Shown here in pieces: positions 9,321-19,013 of a stretch of 64,000 bases of DNA. Position 1 is the first letter of the stretch; every line of letters starts with the position of its first letter. The stretch is taken from the NCBI GenBank assembly GCA_965215605.1, contig OZ244070.1, positions 1,792,001 to 1,856,000 of the forward strand, written 5' to 3'. The notes below the pieces were generated by a model that was given only the letters and a program-made list of their open reading frames with translations, was not told where the DNA came from and ran no database searches. Source of the stretch: an uncultured Candidatus Binatia bacterium. GTDB taxonomy: Bacteria > Desulfobacterota > Binatia > UBA9968 > JAJDTQ01. The position numbers and the translations under genes are program-made.

Positions 9321-10355
9321 ATGTCGAGAAAAGCGTCAGGGAGCAGGCTCCGGGTGGCCATGATGGCGCTCCTGGGCCTGTCCATGGGGATGGCCGGCAA
9401 CGCCGTCGCCAACAGTGAAGTCAATATCTATTCGTACCGGCAGCCGTTCCTCATCAAGCCGATGCTGAACGCCTTTACCCGCCAGACGGGGATCAAGACC
9501 AACGTGGTGTTCGCGCCCAAGGGGATGATCACGCGCCTGAAGAAGGAGGGCAGGAACAGCCCGGCCGACATGATCCTGACGGTGGACATCGGGCGGATCA
9601 ACGACGCCGTGGAAGCGGACGTTCTGCAGCCGGTGAAGACGAAGAAGCTGACCGCGAACGTTCCGTCGTGGGACCGGGACCCGTCGGGTCTGTGGTACGC
9701 GCTCACGAGACGGGCGCGCATCGTCTACGCATCCCGGGAGCGGGTGAAGCCGGGCGATCTTTCCACCTACGAGGCGCTGACCGATCCCAAGTGGAAGGGC
9801 CGCATCTGCATCCGGTCATCGCAGAACGCCTACAACGTGGCGTTGCTTGCCTCCCTCGTGGCGCATCACGGCGAGGCGAAGGCGGAGGAGTGGGCCAAGG
9901 GGCTGAAGGCCAATCTGGCGCGCAAGCCTCAAGGCAACGACCGGGCCCAGATCAAGGCCATCTTTTCGGGCGAGTGCGACATCTCCCTGGGGAACTCCTA
10001 CTACATGGGCAAGATGCTCACCAACGAGAAGCAGATCGCCTGGGCGGAATCCGTGTTCCTTTTCTTCCCCAACCAGGATGGCCGCGGCGCGCACATGAAC
10101 ATCAGCGGCGCCGGCGTCACCAAGTACGCGCCGCGGAAGGACAACGCCGTCAAGCTGCTGGAGTTCCTGAGCGACGATCTGGCGCAGAAGATGTACGCCG
10201 AGCAGAACTTCGAGTACCCCGTGAAGCCGGGCGTGCCCTGGTCCGGTCTGGTGGAGTCGTGGGGCAGGTTCAAGGCTGACAAGATCGACATGATCAAGGT
10301 CGCCAAGAACCGTCCGACGGCCATCAGGATCTTCGACCGCGCAGGCATTCCCTAG
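9321..10355 (+). CDS. Fe(III) ABC transporter substrate-binding protein (FutA/AfuA/FbpA-like)
   Basis: VNIYSYRQ, EGRNSPAD, LTRRARII-like motif, RKPQGNDRAQ, NSYYMG (tandem Tyr Fe ligands). Confidence 0.9.
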   Translation: MSRKASGSRLRVAMMALLGLSMGMAGNAVANSEVNIYSYRQPFLIKPMLNAFTRQTGIKTNVVFAPKGMITRLKKEGRNSPADMILTVDIGRINDAVEADVLQPVKTKKLTANVPSWDRDPSGLWYALTRRARIVYASRERVKPGDLSTYEALTDPKWKGRICIRSSQNAYNVALLASLVAHHGEAKAEEWAKGLKANLARKPQGNDRAQIKAIFSGECDISLGNSYYMGKMLTNEKQIAWAESVFLFFPNQDGRGAHMNISGAGVTKYAPRKDNAVKLLEFLSDDLAQKMYAEQNFEYPVKPGVPWSGLVESWGRFKADKIDMIKVAKNRPTAIRIFDRAGIP

Positions 10356-10494
10356 GGTCCTGTACGGCCAATTGCTGGACGGGACCCCAGGCCCACGGTC
10401 GTCTTTCAAAAGGCGCCGCCTTTGACTATGATCCCACGAGCCGAAGCCCCTCCCCGGTTCGAAAGGGGAACCCATTGACGGAGGAACGGACCCC

Positions 10495-10635
10495 ATGAAA
10501 GGCGATCCCAGGGTCCTCAAGGCGCTCAACGACATGCTGCGGAAAGAGCTGACCGGGATCAATCAACAAGCACCGCCGGTGGCGGCGGAGCGGGCGGAGC
10601 GTAGGGGGCGGCGGTCGCCGTCGCCGACAGGGTGA
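10495..10635 (+). pseudogene. bfr: Truncated bacterioferritin (first ~24 codons only)
   Basis: GGAGG RBS, then MKGDPRVLKALNDMLRKELTGINQ (cf. Bfr MKGD..V...LN..L..EL.AINQY); unrelated sequence follows to TGA. Confidence 0.8.
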
Positions 10636-10642
10636 AACCGAC

Positions 10643-11317
10643 GTGGCAGGGAAGCGCACCGAAGTCTCTTCCGCTACGGAAGACTACCTCAAGGCCATCT
10701 ACAGTCTGGCGGAGGAGAACGACCAGGTCATCGCGGCGCGGGTGGCGGAGGACATCGGCGTGACGCCGTCGACCATGTTCAGCGCCCTGAGGCGGCTCGA
10801 GAAGGAGGAGTTCGTGCGGGTGGAACGCCGCAAGAACATCTACCTGACATCGAAGGGCCGTGACGTGGCCGAGGCCATCCTGCGCCGGCACTATCTCACC
10901 GAACGTTTGCTGACGGACCTCCTGGGCCTGGACTGGGTCACCGCTCATCAGGAAGCCCACCACCTGGAGCACGCCATATCGCCGGTGGTGGAGGAGCGCT
11001 TGGCCGCGATCCTCCACAATCCGTCCACCTGCCCCCACGGCAATCCGATTCCGGTAAAGGGGGAACCGTCTCCGCGCCGCGAGTGGATTCCCCTGAATAC
11101 GGCGGAGGCGGGCACCGAGGTCATCTTCCGCTGCATCACCGAGACCGGCGAGCGCGATGCGGTGCTGCTTTCGTTCCTCTACGACCACCAGGTCCGTCCC
11201 GGCACCAGCATCGACATTCTCGACGTTTCGCCGTCCCTCGGCACCATCAGCCTCAAGGTGGGAGCGCACGAGGTCGTCCTCGGCCTGGAGGCCGCCAAGA
11301 AGATCCACGTGCAGTGA
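10643..11317 (+). CDS. DtxR/MntR/IdeR family metal-dependent repressor with C-terminal FeoA/SH3 domain
   Basis: EDYLKAIY, RRHYLTERLL, AHQEAHHLEH, CPHGNPIP. Confidence 0.93.
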   Translation: MAGKRTEVSSATEDYLKAIYSLAEENDQVIAARVAEDIGVTPSTMFSALRRLEKEEFVRVERRKNIYLTSKGRDVAEAILRRHYLTERLLTDLLGLDWVTAHQEAHHLEHAISPVVEERLAAILHNPSTCPHGNPIPVKGEPSPRREWIPLNTAEAGTEVIFRCITETGERDAVLLSFLYDHQVRPGTSIDILDVSPSLGTISLKVGAHEVVLGLEAAKKIHVQ

Positions 11318-11368
11318 CCGGAGCTGGCTCCGCGCGATCTGCCCCCCTCTCTCCGAAGTTCGGACCGG

Positions 11369-11668
11369 TCAAGCAGGCTGGCGCAGACTCTTCGCGGGAC
11401 GGATGCGTGCGGTCAACCGTTTCTTCTCCTTGGCAAGAGCGCGAAAGTCGCACTCTATCTGAAGGCCGTGCCAGAATTCATCGGATTGACCGAAGAAGGC
11501 ACCGAAACGGATGGACATCGCCGGCGTGATCGAGCGCTGGCCGTGAACGATCTCGTTGATCGCCCGCGGCGAGACGCCGATGGCGCGGGCCATGGCGTTC
11601 TGCGAAATGCTCATCGGCTTGAGATAGTCTTCGAGAAGAATTTCCCCGGGAGTAATGGGATCTTGCAT
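11369..11668 (-). CDS. higA: HigA family antitoxin (orphan)
   Basis: [30 protein letters not shown]. Confidence 0.88.
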   Translation of the reverse strand: MQDPITPGEILLEDYLKPMSISQNAMARAIGVSPRAINEIVHGQRSITPAMSIRFGAFFGQSDEFWHGLQIECDFRALAKEKKRLTARIRPAKSLRQPA

Positions 11669-11673
11669 GATTC

Positions 11674-11692
11674 TGTAACGTATAACGTTATA
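11674..11692. promoter_or_regulatory. higBA-type operator palindrome
   Basis: TGTAACG-TATAA-CGTTATA, containing the perfect palindrome TATAACGTTATA, directly upstream of higA. Confidence 0.6.
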
Positions 11693-11721
11693 GGGGTTGA
11701 ATCAATGGGAGGCGCCGCCGC

Positions 11722-12585
11722 CTACACCAGGGAGGCCGCGGCTACGCCTGCGGCGACCACCGCCATCCAGAACAGCCGCCTGGGCCCGATCCTGTCCCCC
11801 AGCCAGATCCGCGCGGCGACCGCGGTGACGGCGGCGAAGCACGAAAAACCGATGGCCGCGCCGACCCGCCCGCCGCCGGCGGAGCCGGTCAGGAACAGGC
11901 CCAGGGCCACCGTTTCCAGTACCGCCTGCAAGAACACGAGGGGCCACGTGGCGCCGTGCGGCCAGGCCAGCGGGCCGTGCCGCCGCTGGAGAGCCATGAA
12001 GCCCAGTGCGCCGGCCAGAGCGAAGGCGCGGTTCAGGTAGACCGCCGGAACCGTGCCGAGCACCGCGCCGGCCTCCTGTGCGAGGAACATGCGCAGCGCC
12101 ACCGACACGGCGGCGCCGAGCCCCAGAAGCGCGGTCACGCGCAACCAGGCGCGGTCGTAGCGCTCCTTCCCGGGCCGCTCGGGCCGGGCCAGCATCGCCA
12201 CTCCGCCGAAGACCGTCAACGCCGCGACCCCGTGCAGCCAGTGATAAGGATGGCCGGCCAGCACGTTCAGCGCCACGAGCATCACCGTGAAGCTCGACGT
12301 GGCCGGCGACGCCACCGTCACCGGCCCCCGCACCAGCGCACGGAAGAGCAGGGCCAGCACCGCGACGTTCAGCAGACCCGACAAGGCCGAGGCGCCCCAG
12401 CCCCACGCGTTCCATGCCGGCCAGCCGCCGCTCGCCGCGAACCAGATGGTCATGACGGCGAACGGAGGGCTCATGATGAGCGCGATGAGCACGGACAGGG
12501 AGATACGGCTCGCCGTGACCCGCGCCACGCAATCGGAAACCCCGATCAGGCCGGCGCCGCACAGCCCCCAGACCAGTCCGCTCAT
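11722..12585 (-). CDS. EamA/DMT family transporter
   Basis: About 10 TM helices, GPVTVASP, duplicated EamA architecture. Confidence 0.8.
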   Translation of the reverse strand: MSGLVWGLCGAGLIGVSDCVARVTASRISLSVLIALIMSPPFAVMTIWFAASGGWPAWNAWGWGASALSGLLNVAVLALLFRALVRGPVTVASPATSSFTVMLVALNVLAGHPYHWLHGVAALTVFGGVAMLARPERPGKERYDRAWLRVTALLGLGAAVSVALRMFLAQEAGAVLGTVPAVYLNRAFALAGALGFMALQRRHGPLAWPHGATWPLVFLQAVLETVALGLFLTGSAGGGRVGAAIGFSCFAAVTAVAARIWLGDRIGPRRLFWMAVVAAGVAAASLV

Positions 12586-12810
12586 GAAATTCTCCGGCTC
12601 CCGGCTTCCATGCCTTCCCTGCTCCTTTCCACGTTCCCTTCAGACCTTTCAGAGTCTCCGGCCGGTGGCAACCGCGGACTCGAAATGTTTCCGAGACTGT
12701 GGTACGGCTCAGAAAGGAAGTGCGCGTCCCACAAGGGAATTCCCGGACGGGGAATGGGCGCGGCGAAGGCCCCTTGACGCGGGCCATAACGGGCGAGAAG
12801 GGAGAACTGA

Positions 12811-14244
12811 ATGCAGCCGGTAACCGACATGCGGAGCTTCATCGAGCGACTGGACGAGATGGGGGAGGTCAAGCGCATCGAGGGCGCGGATCTGGACACC
12901 GACGTGGGGGCGCTCACCGAGCACATGGGCGACATCGAGTCCCAGGCGCTCCTGTTCGACGGCTTCGCGGGGTTTCCCAAGGGCTTCCGCATCATCTCCA
13001 ACCTGTTCCGCACCTGCCCGCGCTCGGCGGTGGCCATGGGGCTGCCCACGGACGTCAAGGGGGTGGACTTCCTCCACGCCTGGCGCAAGCGCTCGCTGGA
13101 GTTCCAGCCGCTGCCCTACGAGCAGGTGGAAGGCGGGCCGGTGTTCGACAACCAGATGGAAGAGGACGAGGTGGACCTGACCCGGTTCCCGACCCCGCTG
13201 TGGCACGACCTCGACGGCGGCCGCTACATCGGCACCGGGTGCGGCGTCATCACCAAGGACCCGGAGTCCGGCGGCATCAACATCGGCACCTACCGGGTGA
13301 TGATCCAGGAGAAGAACAAGGTCTCGGTCAAGATGAACAAGGGCAAGCACGGGCGGCTGGCCATGGAGCGGGCCCACGCCCGGGGCGAGGCCCTGCCCGT
13401 GGCCATCTCGCTGGGACAGGAGCCCGCCGTGATGCTGGCGTCGCAGATGCCGCTGCCGCCGGCGGTGAACGAGTACGAGTTCGCCGGCTGGATGCAGGGC
13501 AGCCCCATCCCGGTGGTCCGGGGCGCCGTCACCGGCCTGCCCATCCCCGCCAACGGCGAGGTGGTGCTGGAAGGCGAGATCCCGCCGCTGCCGCCGGAGC
13601 AGTTGCCCAAGGAAGGCCCCTTCGGCGAATGGCCGGGCTACTACACCGAGGCCACCGAGGGGGACGTGCCGCTCATGACCGTCAAGCGGGTCTATTACCG
13701 CGACGACCCCATCATCCTGGGCGCCCCGCCGGTGCGGCCGCCCAACAGCTACCTGCCCATCCCCCTGGGCGCCATCACGCTCTGGGAGCAGTTGGAGAAG
13801 GCCGGCATCCCGGACGTGACGGGGGTCTGGGGCTTCGTCTACGGCGGCCAGCCCGGGCCGTTCACCGTGATCTCCATCAAGCAGCGCTACACCGGCCACG
13901 CCAAGCAGGCCCTGCTGGTGGCGGCCGGCGCCCGGGCCGGCGCCTACGGCGGCAAGATGGTGGCGGTGGTGGACGACGACGTGGACATCACCAACCCTGG
14001 CGAGGTCATCTGGGCCATCTCCACCCGCTGCGACCCGCGCGAGGGCATCGACATCGTGAAGAACGTGTGGGCCTCGGTGTGCGAGCCGGTCATCTCTCCC
14101 ACGGACCGGGACACCAAGGGCTACGTCACCGACCGCGTGCTCATCGACGCCTGCCGCCCGTACCAGTGGATCGACCGCTTCCCGCCGGTGAACGCGTTCG
14201 AGCCGCAGTACAAGGAGCAGATCGCCAAGAAGTGGGGGGTATGA
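12811..14244 (+). CDS. UbiD family (prFMN) decarboxylase
   Basis: DGGRYIGT, NIGTYR, EVVLEG, EGPFGEWPGYY, VVDDDVD. Confidence 0.92.
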   Translation: MQPVTDMRSFIERLDEMGEVKRIEGADLDTDVGALTEHMGDIESQALLFDGFAGFPKGFRIISNLFRTCPRSAVAMGLPTDVKGVDFLHAWRKRSLEFQPLPYEQVEGGPVFDNQMEEDEVDLTRFPTPLWHDLDGGRYIGTGCGVITKDPESGGINIGTYRVMIQEKNKVSVKMNKGKHGRLAMERAHARGEALPVAISLGQEPAVMLASQMPLPPAVNEYEFAGWMQGSPIPVVRGAVTGLPIPANGEVVLEGEIPPLPPEQLPKEGPFGEWPGYYTEATEGDVPLMTVKRVYYRDDPIILGAPPVRPPNSYLPIPLGAITLWEQLEKAGIPDVTGVWGFVYGGQPGPFTVISIKQRYTGHAKQALLVAAGARAGAYGGKMVAVVDDDVDITNPGEVIWAISTRCDPREGIDIVKNVWASVCEPVISPTDRDTKGYVTDRVLIDACRPYQWIDRFPPVNAFEPQYKEQIAKKWGV

Positions 14245-14257
14245 AGGAGCGGCCCGC

Positions 14258-14881
14258 ATGAAGGCGGTTCTCTGGAGAACGCTCGGAATCGCGGTCCTGG
14301 CGCTGGCGTTCGTCATGGCGCCGGGGACGGAGGCGCCGGCCCACAAGTCCATCCTCAAGGTCGAGTTCGCGGAACGGCGCGAGTTGAACGTCCTCATCGA
14401 CAACTTCGCCCTCACCGACCAGAACGGCGAGCGCGTGGAGTTCCGGAAGCTCCGGGGCAAGCCGGTGGTGATCAACTTCATGTACACGTCGTGTCCGGAC
14501 GTGTGTCCGCTGCTGACGGCGAGCCTGAAGATCCTTCGGGACCACATGAAGCCCGCGGAGGTCAGGGACATCCGCTTCCTGTCCATCACCGCGGATCCGG
14601 AGGTGGACACGCCGGCGGTGCTCAAGGCCTACAGCAAGCGGCACGAGGCCGACGCCCCCAACTGGTCGTGGCTCACCGGCGAGGCCCGGGAACTGGCGCC
14701 GGTGTGGCAGGGTTTCGGCGTGGGCGTGAAGCGGCTGGCCCGGGGCCTCATCGACCACACCACGCTTACGGTGGTGGCGGATGCCAACGGGTTCATGCGT
14801 TTTGCCTACTTCGGCTCCGCTCCGGACCCGGACGTGCTGCTGAAGGACCTGCGGGCGCTCGCGAAGAAGGGGGCCACCTGA
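14258..14881 (+). CDS. SCO1/SenC family protein
   Basis: FMYTSCPDVCP (CxxxC), ITADPEVD, IDHT. Confidence 0.9.
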   Translation: MKAVLWRTLGIAVLALAFVMAPGTEAPAHKSILKVEFAERRELNVLIDNFALTDQNGERVEFRKLRGKPVVINFMYTSCPDVCPLLTASLKILRDHMKPAEVRDIRFLSITADPEVDTPAVLKAYSKRHEADAPNWSWLTGEARELAPVWQGFGVGVKRLARGLIDHTTLTVVADANGFMRFAYFGSAPDPDVLLKDLRALAKKGAT

Positions 14882-14994
14882 ACCTCCTTTCGCTTTCCCA
14901 CTATCTCCAATTCGCATCGTCCACACCCGCCGTCATTGACCCGCCTCGAACGGCGTGCGATCGTGGAGGCGATCCTGTCGTCGGAGCCTGAGCC

Positions 14995-17088
14995 GTGGAA
15001 TCGCTGTTGAGCAGCATCGCCTGGGAGACTCTGGTGGTCTTTTACGAGGCCTCGGTGTACCTCCTCATCGGCTTTTTCGTGGCCGGGCTCCTGCACGTGT
15101 ATCTGCCGGCGGACCTCATCGCGCGGCACCTGGGCCGGAACGATGCCCGCTCTGTGGGTCTTGCGGCGCTCTTCGGCGCGCCGATCCCGCTGTGCTCCTG
15201 CGGGGTCTTGCCAGCCGCGGCGTCCTTGAAGAGGCAGGGCGCCGGGCGGGCGCCGCTGGTCTCGTTTCTGATCTCCACTCCCGAGACCGGGGTGGACTCC
15301 GTGGCGCTCACCTACGGGCTCATGGGTCCGGTCATGGCCGTGGTCCGTCCCGTCGTGGCGGTGGTGACGGCTGTGATAGCCGGCATAGCCTCCATCGGCG
15401 TCAAGGAGGACGCAAGCCTGCCGCCGCCGGCCGACGTCACCTGCGACGATGACTGCGCGGCACCGGCGGAGGACTCGTGCGACGAAACCTGCGCGCCCGG
15501 CGGCGCGGCACCGGCAGGCCCGCGCCGTTTCCTCCATTCACTGGACTACGGCTTCACCGCGGTTCTGGACGACATCGCGCTGTCGCTCCTCGTCGGCATG
15601 CTGCTGACCGGCATCCTGGCGGGGCTTCTGCCCGACAATTTCTTTGACGAGGTGCTCGGCTGGGGTTCGGGGCTCATGCCCATGCTGGCCATGATCGTGG
15701 TGGGCCTGCCGCTCTACCTCTGCGCCAGCGCCTCCACCCCCATCGCCGCGGCGTTCATGGCCAAGGGCCTGTCGCCCGGCGCGGCGCTCGTGTTCCTGCT
15801 GGTGGGGCCGGCCACCAATCTTGCCACCATGACCGTGGTGGGGCAGCTCCTGGGCCGCCGTCATCTCGCCGTCTACCTCGGCGCCATCGTGCTGGTGAGC
15901 CTGGCCGCCGGACTGCTGGTGGACGCGACCCTGGCGGACGCGATCCACGTGCTCCCCTTCGGCGAGTTGGGGCAGGACGCCGACTGGATCTTCGCGCTCA
16001 AGGCGCTTTCAGCCGTGGCGCTGGTCCTGCTGCTGCTCCGGAGCTTCATGCGCAAGGGCCCTCGCGCGCTCTGGCGGGAGACCGCCCAACAGCTCCTGGA
16101 CACGGCCCGGGCGTTGAGGGCCTTCCGCCCCGCCAACCTGCTCCGGGGGCCGGTGCTCGCGGCCGTGCTGGCCGTTGCGCTGCTCGGCGCCATCCCCACG
16201 TTTACCCTGGTGGTGGGACCCGGCCAGAAGGGTGTCGTCCAGCGCTTCGGCCGGGTGGTGGCCGCGGATCTCCAGCCCGGACTGTACTTCCACCTGCCGC
16301 CGCCGTTGGGCAACGGCACCGCGGTGGACGTGGCGCTGATCCGTCAGGTTACGGTGGGCTTCCGGGGGAACGTCAACGGGGCCAGACCGGTGCTGGATGA
16401 CCAGGCGTTCTACCTGACCGCGGACGGCAACGTCATCGATATCCGGGCCGCGGTCCAGTACCGCGTCCGCGACCCGGCGGTGTACGCCCTGGGCGTCGAG
16501 GAGACCCCCGCGGTGGTGCTAGGGCTGGCCCGGCGGGAGCTCGTGAGCCTGCTGAGCCGCAAGCCCATCGACCGGATCTACACCGTGGACCGGAGGACCA
16601 CGGAAACGGAGCTGCGGGATCGCCTGGCGGCGCGCCTCGCGGCTTTGGGCGTGGGCAGCGAGATCCTGGACGTCCGGCTCCTGGATGTCCACGCGCCGGG
16701 GAGGGTCCACGACGCCTTCCGCGACGTGGCCAGCGCGCTGGAGGATCGCCAGCGCGACATCCACGTGGCCACGGGCGGGGCGACCCAGTCCACGGTGGCG
16801 GCCTCGGGCGAGGCGGAACGCATCACGCAAAGGGCCGCGGGCCGGGCCGTGCGCGAGGTCAGGGTGGCCGCGGGCCGGGCCGTCGCGTTCCGGCAGACCG
16901 CGGCGGCCCATGCCGCGAGCCCCGCGGTCACCGAAACCCGGCTCTACCTGGAGGCGCTCGAGCATTCCCTCGAGATGCCCCGAAAATTTGTCTACATGCC
17001 CGGCGCGGGCGGCGGTGACATCGATCTCTGGGTCGGCGCTCCGCCCATGGACTTCATGACTCCCGCGCCGTCGAGCCGACATCGATAG
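14995..17088 (+). CDS. DUF318/ArsP (SO_0444-like) metal permease fused to a C-terminal HflK-like SPFH domain
   Basis: PIPLCSCGVLP, FLISTPETGVDS, LYLCASASTP, FLLVGPATN; Cys/Asp-rich loop; then GVVQRFGR..PGLYFHLP, LTADGNVID, VHDAFRDV, TRLYLE. Confidence 0.85.
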   Translation: MESLLSSIAWETLVVFYEASVYLLIGFFVAGLLHVYLPADLIARHLGRNDARSVGLAALFGAPIPLCSCGVLPAAASLKRQGAGRAPLVSFLISTPETGVDSVALTYGLMGPVMAVVRPVVAVVTAVIAGIASIGVKEDASLPPPADVTCDDDCAAPAEDSCDETCAPGGAAPAGPRRFLHSLDYGFTAVLDDIALSLLVGMLLTGILAGLLPDNFFDEVLGWGSGLMPMLAMIVVGLPLYLCASASTPIAAAFMAKGLSPGAALVFLLVGPATNLATMTVVGQLLGRRHLAVYLGAIVLVSLAAGLLVDATLADAIHVLPFGELGQDADWIFALKALSAVALVLLLLRSFMRKGPRALWRETAQQLLDTARALRAFRPANLLRGPVLAAVLAVALLGAIPTFTLVVGPGQKGVVQRFGRVVAADLQPGLYFHLPPPLGNGTAVDVALIRQVTVGFRGNVNGARPVLDDQAFYLTADGNVIDIRAAVQYRVRDPAVYALGVEETPAVVLGLARRELVSLLSRKPIDRIYTVDRRTTETELRDRLAARLAALGVGSEILDVRLLDVHAPGRVHDAFRDVASALEDRQRDIHVATGGATQSTVAASGEAERITQRAAGRAVREVRVAAGRAVAFRQTAAAHAASPAVTETRLYLEALEHSLEMPRKFVYMPGAGGGDIDLWVGAPPMDFMTPAPSSRHR

Positions 17089-17098
17089 AGGGATTGCC

Positions 17099-18085
17099 AT
17101 GGCGAAACGTATCGGCGGGTTGCTCATCCTGGCGCTGGTCCTGGGCGCCGGCGCCACCTCGTTCGTGGTGGTAGACGAGAAGAGCCACGCGGTCATCACC
17201 CAGTTCGGGAAGCCGGTGTCGGTGCTGAGCCAGGCCGGTTTCTATCTCAAGCTGCCGGTGCCGTTCCAGCGCGCCAACGTGCTCGACAAGCGCATCCTGA
17301 TCACCAACACTCGCGAGACCGAGCTGCTGACGGCGGACAAGAAGAACGTGCTGGTCTCCACGTACATTTCCTGGAAGATCGCCGACCCGGTGCGGTACCT
17401 GGCCGCGCTGCGCAGGCGGGACTTCGCGGAGAGCCGCCTGGCCGCGCTGGTGCAGTCGGAGCTGGGCAGCGCGCTGGGCGACCGGCCCTTCGGGACGATC
17501 CTGGGGACCGCCGGCAACGGCGCCAGCCTGGCCGAGCTGGAGGGCTCGGTGGAGCGCGCCGTCTCCAGGGTGGCGCGGGAAGACCTCGGGATCGAGGTGG
17601 TCAGCCTGGGGGTGACCCGCCTCATCTTCCCGCCGCAGAACCTGGACAGCGTCTTCGCTCGCATGCGCGCCGAGCGCGCGCGCATCGCCCGGGGCCATCG
17701 CTCGGAGGGCCGGGCCGAAGCCCAGAAGATCGCCGCCCGCGCCGAACGGGAACGGGCGCGGATCATCGCCGACGCGGAGGCCAAGGCGGCCATGCTGCGG
17801 GGCCGGGGCGAAGCGGAAGCGGCGCGCATCTACGCGGAAGCCTACGAAGGGCACGCCGGGTTCTATCGCTTCCTGCGGACGCTGGAAGCCTACAAGAAGG
17901 TGCTGAACGAGAAGACCACGTTGGTCCTGCCCGCGGACTCCCCGTTTCTCGAGATCCTGACATCGAGGGTTCCCGGCGCCGTCCCGCCGGCGGATGGCGG
18001 GAAGAATGTGCCGGCGGTCTCCGGCCAGGACGTGGGTGCGGGGCCGGCGGCGCCCGCCCGGGACCGGGAGAAATCGGGTTCATGA
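17099..18085 (+). CDS. hflC: HflC-like SPFH protein
   Basis: AVITQFGKP, LTADKKNV, VFARMRAER, GEAEAARIYAEAY, FYRFLRTLEAY. Confidence 0.88.
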   Translation: MAKRIGGLLILALVLGAGATSFVVVDEKSHAVITQFGKPVSVLSQAGFYLKLPVPFQRANVLDKRILITNTRETELLTADKKNVLVSTYISWKIADPVRYLAALRRRDFAESRLAALVQSELGSALGDRPFGTILGTAGNGASLAELEGSVERAVSRVAREDLGIEVVSLGVTRLIFPPQNLDSVFARMRAERARIARGHRSEGRAEAQKIAARAERERARIIADAEAKAAMLRGRGEAEAARIYAEAYEGHAGFYRFLRTLEAYKKVLNEKTTLVLPADSPFLEILTSRVPGAVPPADGGKNVPAVSGQDVGAGPAAPARDREKSGS

Positions 18086-18990
18086 CCGGCCGCCTGCGAT
18101 ACCGGCTGCTGCTCTCCGCCGCCGTCCTTCTGGCGGGCTGGCTGACCCTGGGGATCTACAATGTCGAGTCGGACGAGAGCGCGGTGGCGTACGTTCTCGG
18201 CAGGGCCGTGGGGCGGGACGTCCTCCCGGGCATCCACTGGAACCCGCCGTGGCCGCTGGGCCGTGTGGTGGTGGCCCGGACGGCCACGAACTTCCTCATG
18301 CCGGTGGAACACACGGAGCCGCAAGGCCCCGCCGGGAGCGAGCCGGAGTCCCTCTGGCTCCTGGGCGACACCAACGTCATCGCCGGGAAGCTGGGAATCC
18401 AGTACAGCATCCGCAGCCTGACGCGCTTCGAGGTCTCGCACGAGGATCCGCGGGAACTGCTGCGTCGGGCAGGCGGCCAGGTCGTGACGCGGTTTCTCGC
18501 GGGCGAGAACGTGGACGCCGCGCTGACCGCCCGGCGCAACGACCTGCTGGACGCGGTGCAGCGGCAGGTTCAGGCAATCCTCGATGATCACGGCTCGGGC
18601 ATCGAGATCCTGTCGGTGAACGTGGAGACGCTGGCGCCGCCGCGGCAGGGGGGCGTGCGGCAGGCGTTCCAGGAGGTCCAGAGCGCCTTGGCGGACAAGG
18701 AGCGGGTGGTGGACGAGGCGCGCGCCGACCGCTCCCAGGTCTTCGCGGAAGCGGAGGGGGAGGCGGAACATCGTGTGACCCAGGCCGAGGCTGCGCGTCA
18801 CCGGCGGGTGGAGATCGCCAAGGGCGAAGGGGAACGCTTCCGCCGCCTGGCCTTCGAGCACCGCAAGACGCCCAGGCTCACCGAGGAACGGCTTTACCTC
18901 GAGACCATCGAGGAGGTCCTGCCGCGCATGGATACCTACGTCGTCCAGTCCGGACCGGACGGCAAGGTGAACCTGCGCGTGGTCCGGTGA
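18082..18990 (+). CDS. hflK: HflK-like SPFH protein
   Basis: PGIHWNPPWP, LGDTNVI, VRQAFQEVQSA, RLYLETIEEVL; ATGA overlap with hflC. Confidence 0.85.
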   Translation: MTGRLRYRLLLSAAVLLAGWLTLGIYNVESDESAVAYVLGRAVGRDVLPGIHWNPPWPLGRVVVARTATNFLMPVEHTEPQGPAGSEPESLWLLGDTNVIAGKLGIQYSIRSLTRFEVSHEDPRELLRRAGGQVVTRFLAGENVDAALTARRNDLLDAVQRQVQAILDDHGSGIEILSVNVETLAPPRQGGVRQAFQEVQSALADKERVVDEARADRSQVFAEAEGEAEHRVTQAEAARHRRVEIAKGEGERFRRLAFEHRKTPRLTEERLYLETIEEVLPRMDTYVVQSGPDGKVNLRVVR

Positions 18991-19013
18991 GGTGCGGAAT
19001 CCGATGCCCCTGC

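Noticed and set aside
12590-12700. Possible glycine riboswitch upstream of the EamA gene (ACTCTGAAAGG...GAAGG)
   Set aside because: Lacks the conserved GGAGA/CCGAAG/CTCTCAGG arrangement; the resemblance is too weak.
17099-18990. Canonical hflKC housekeeping locus
   Set aside because: The order is SPFH-fusion, hflC, hflK, with no hflX or ftsH nearby; treated as a paralogous system.
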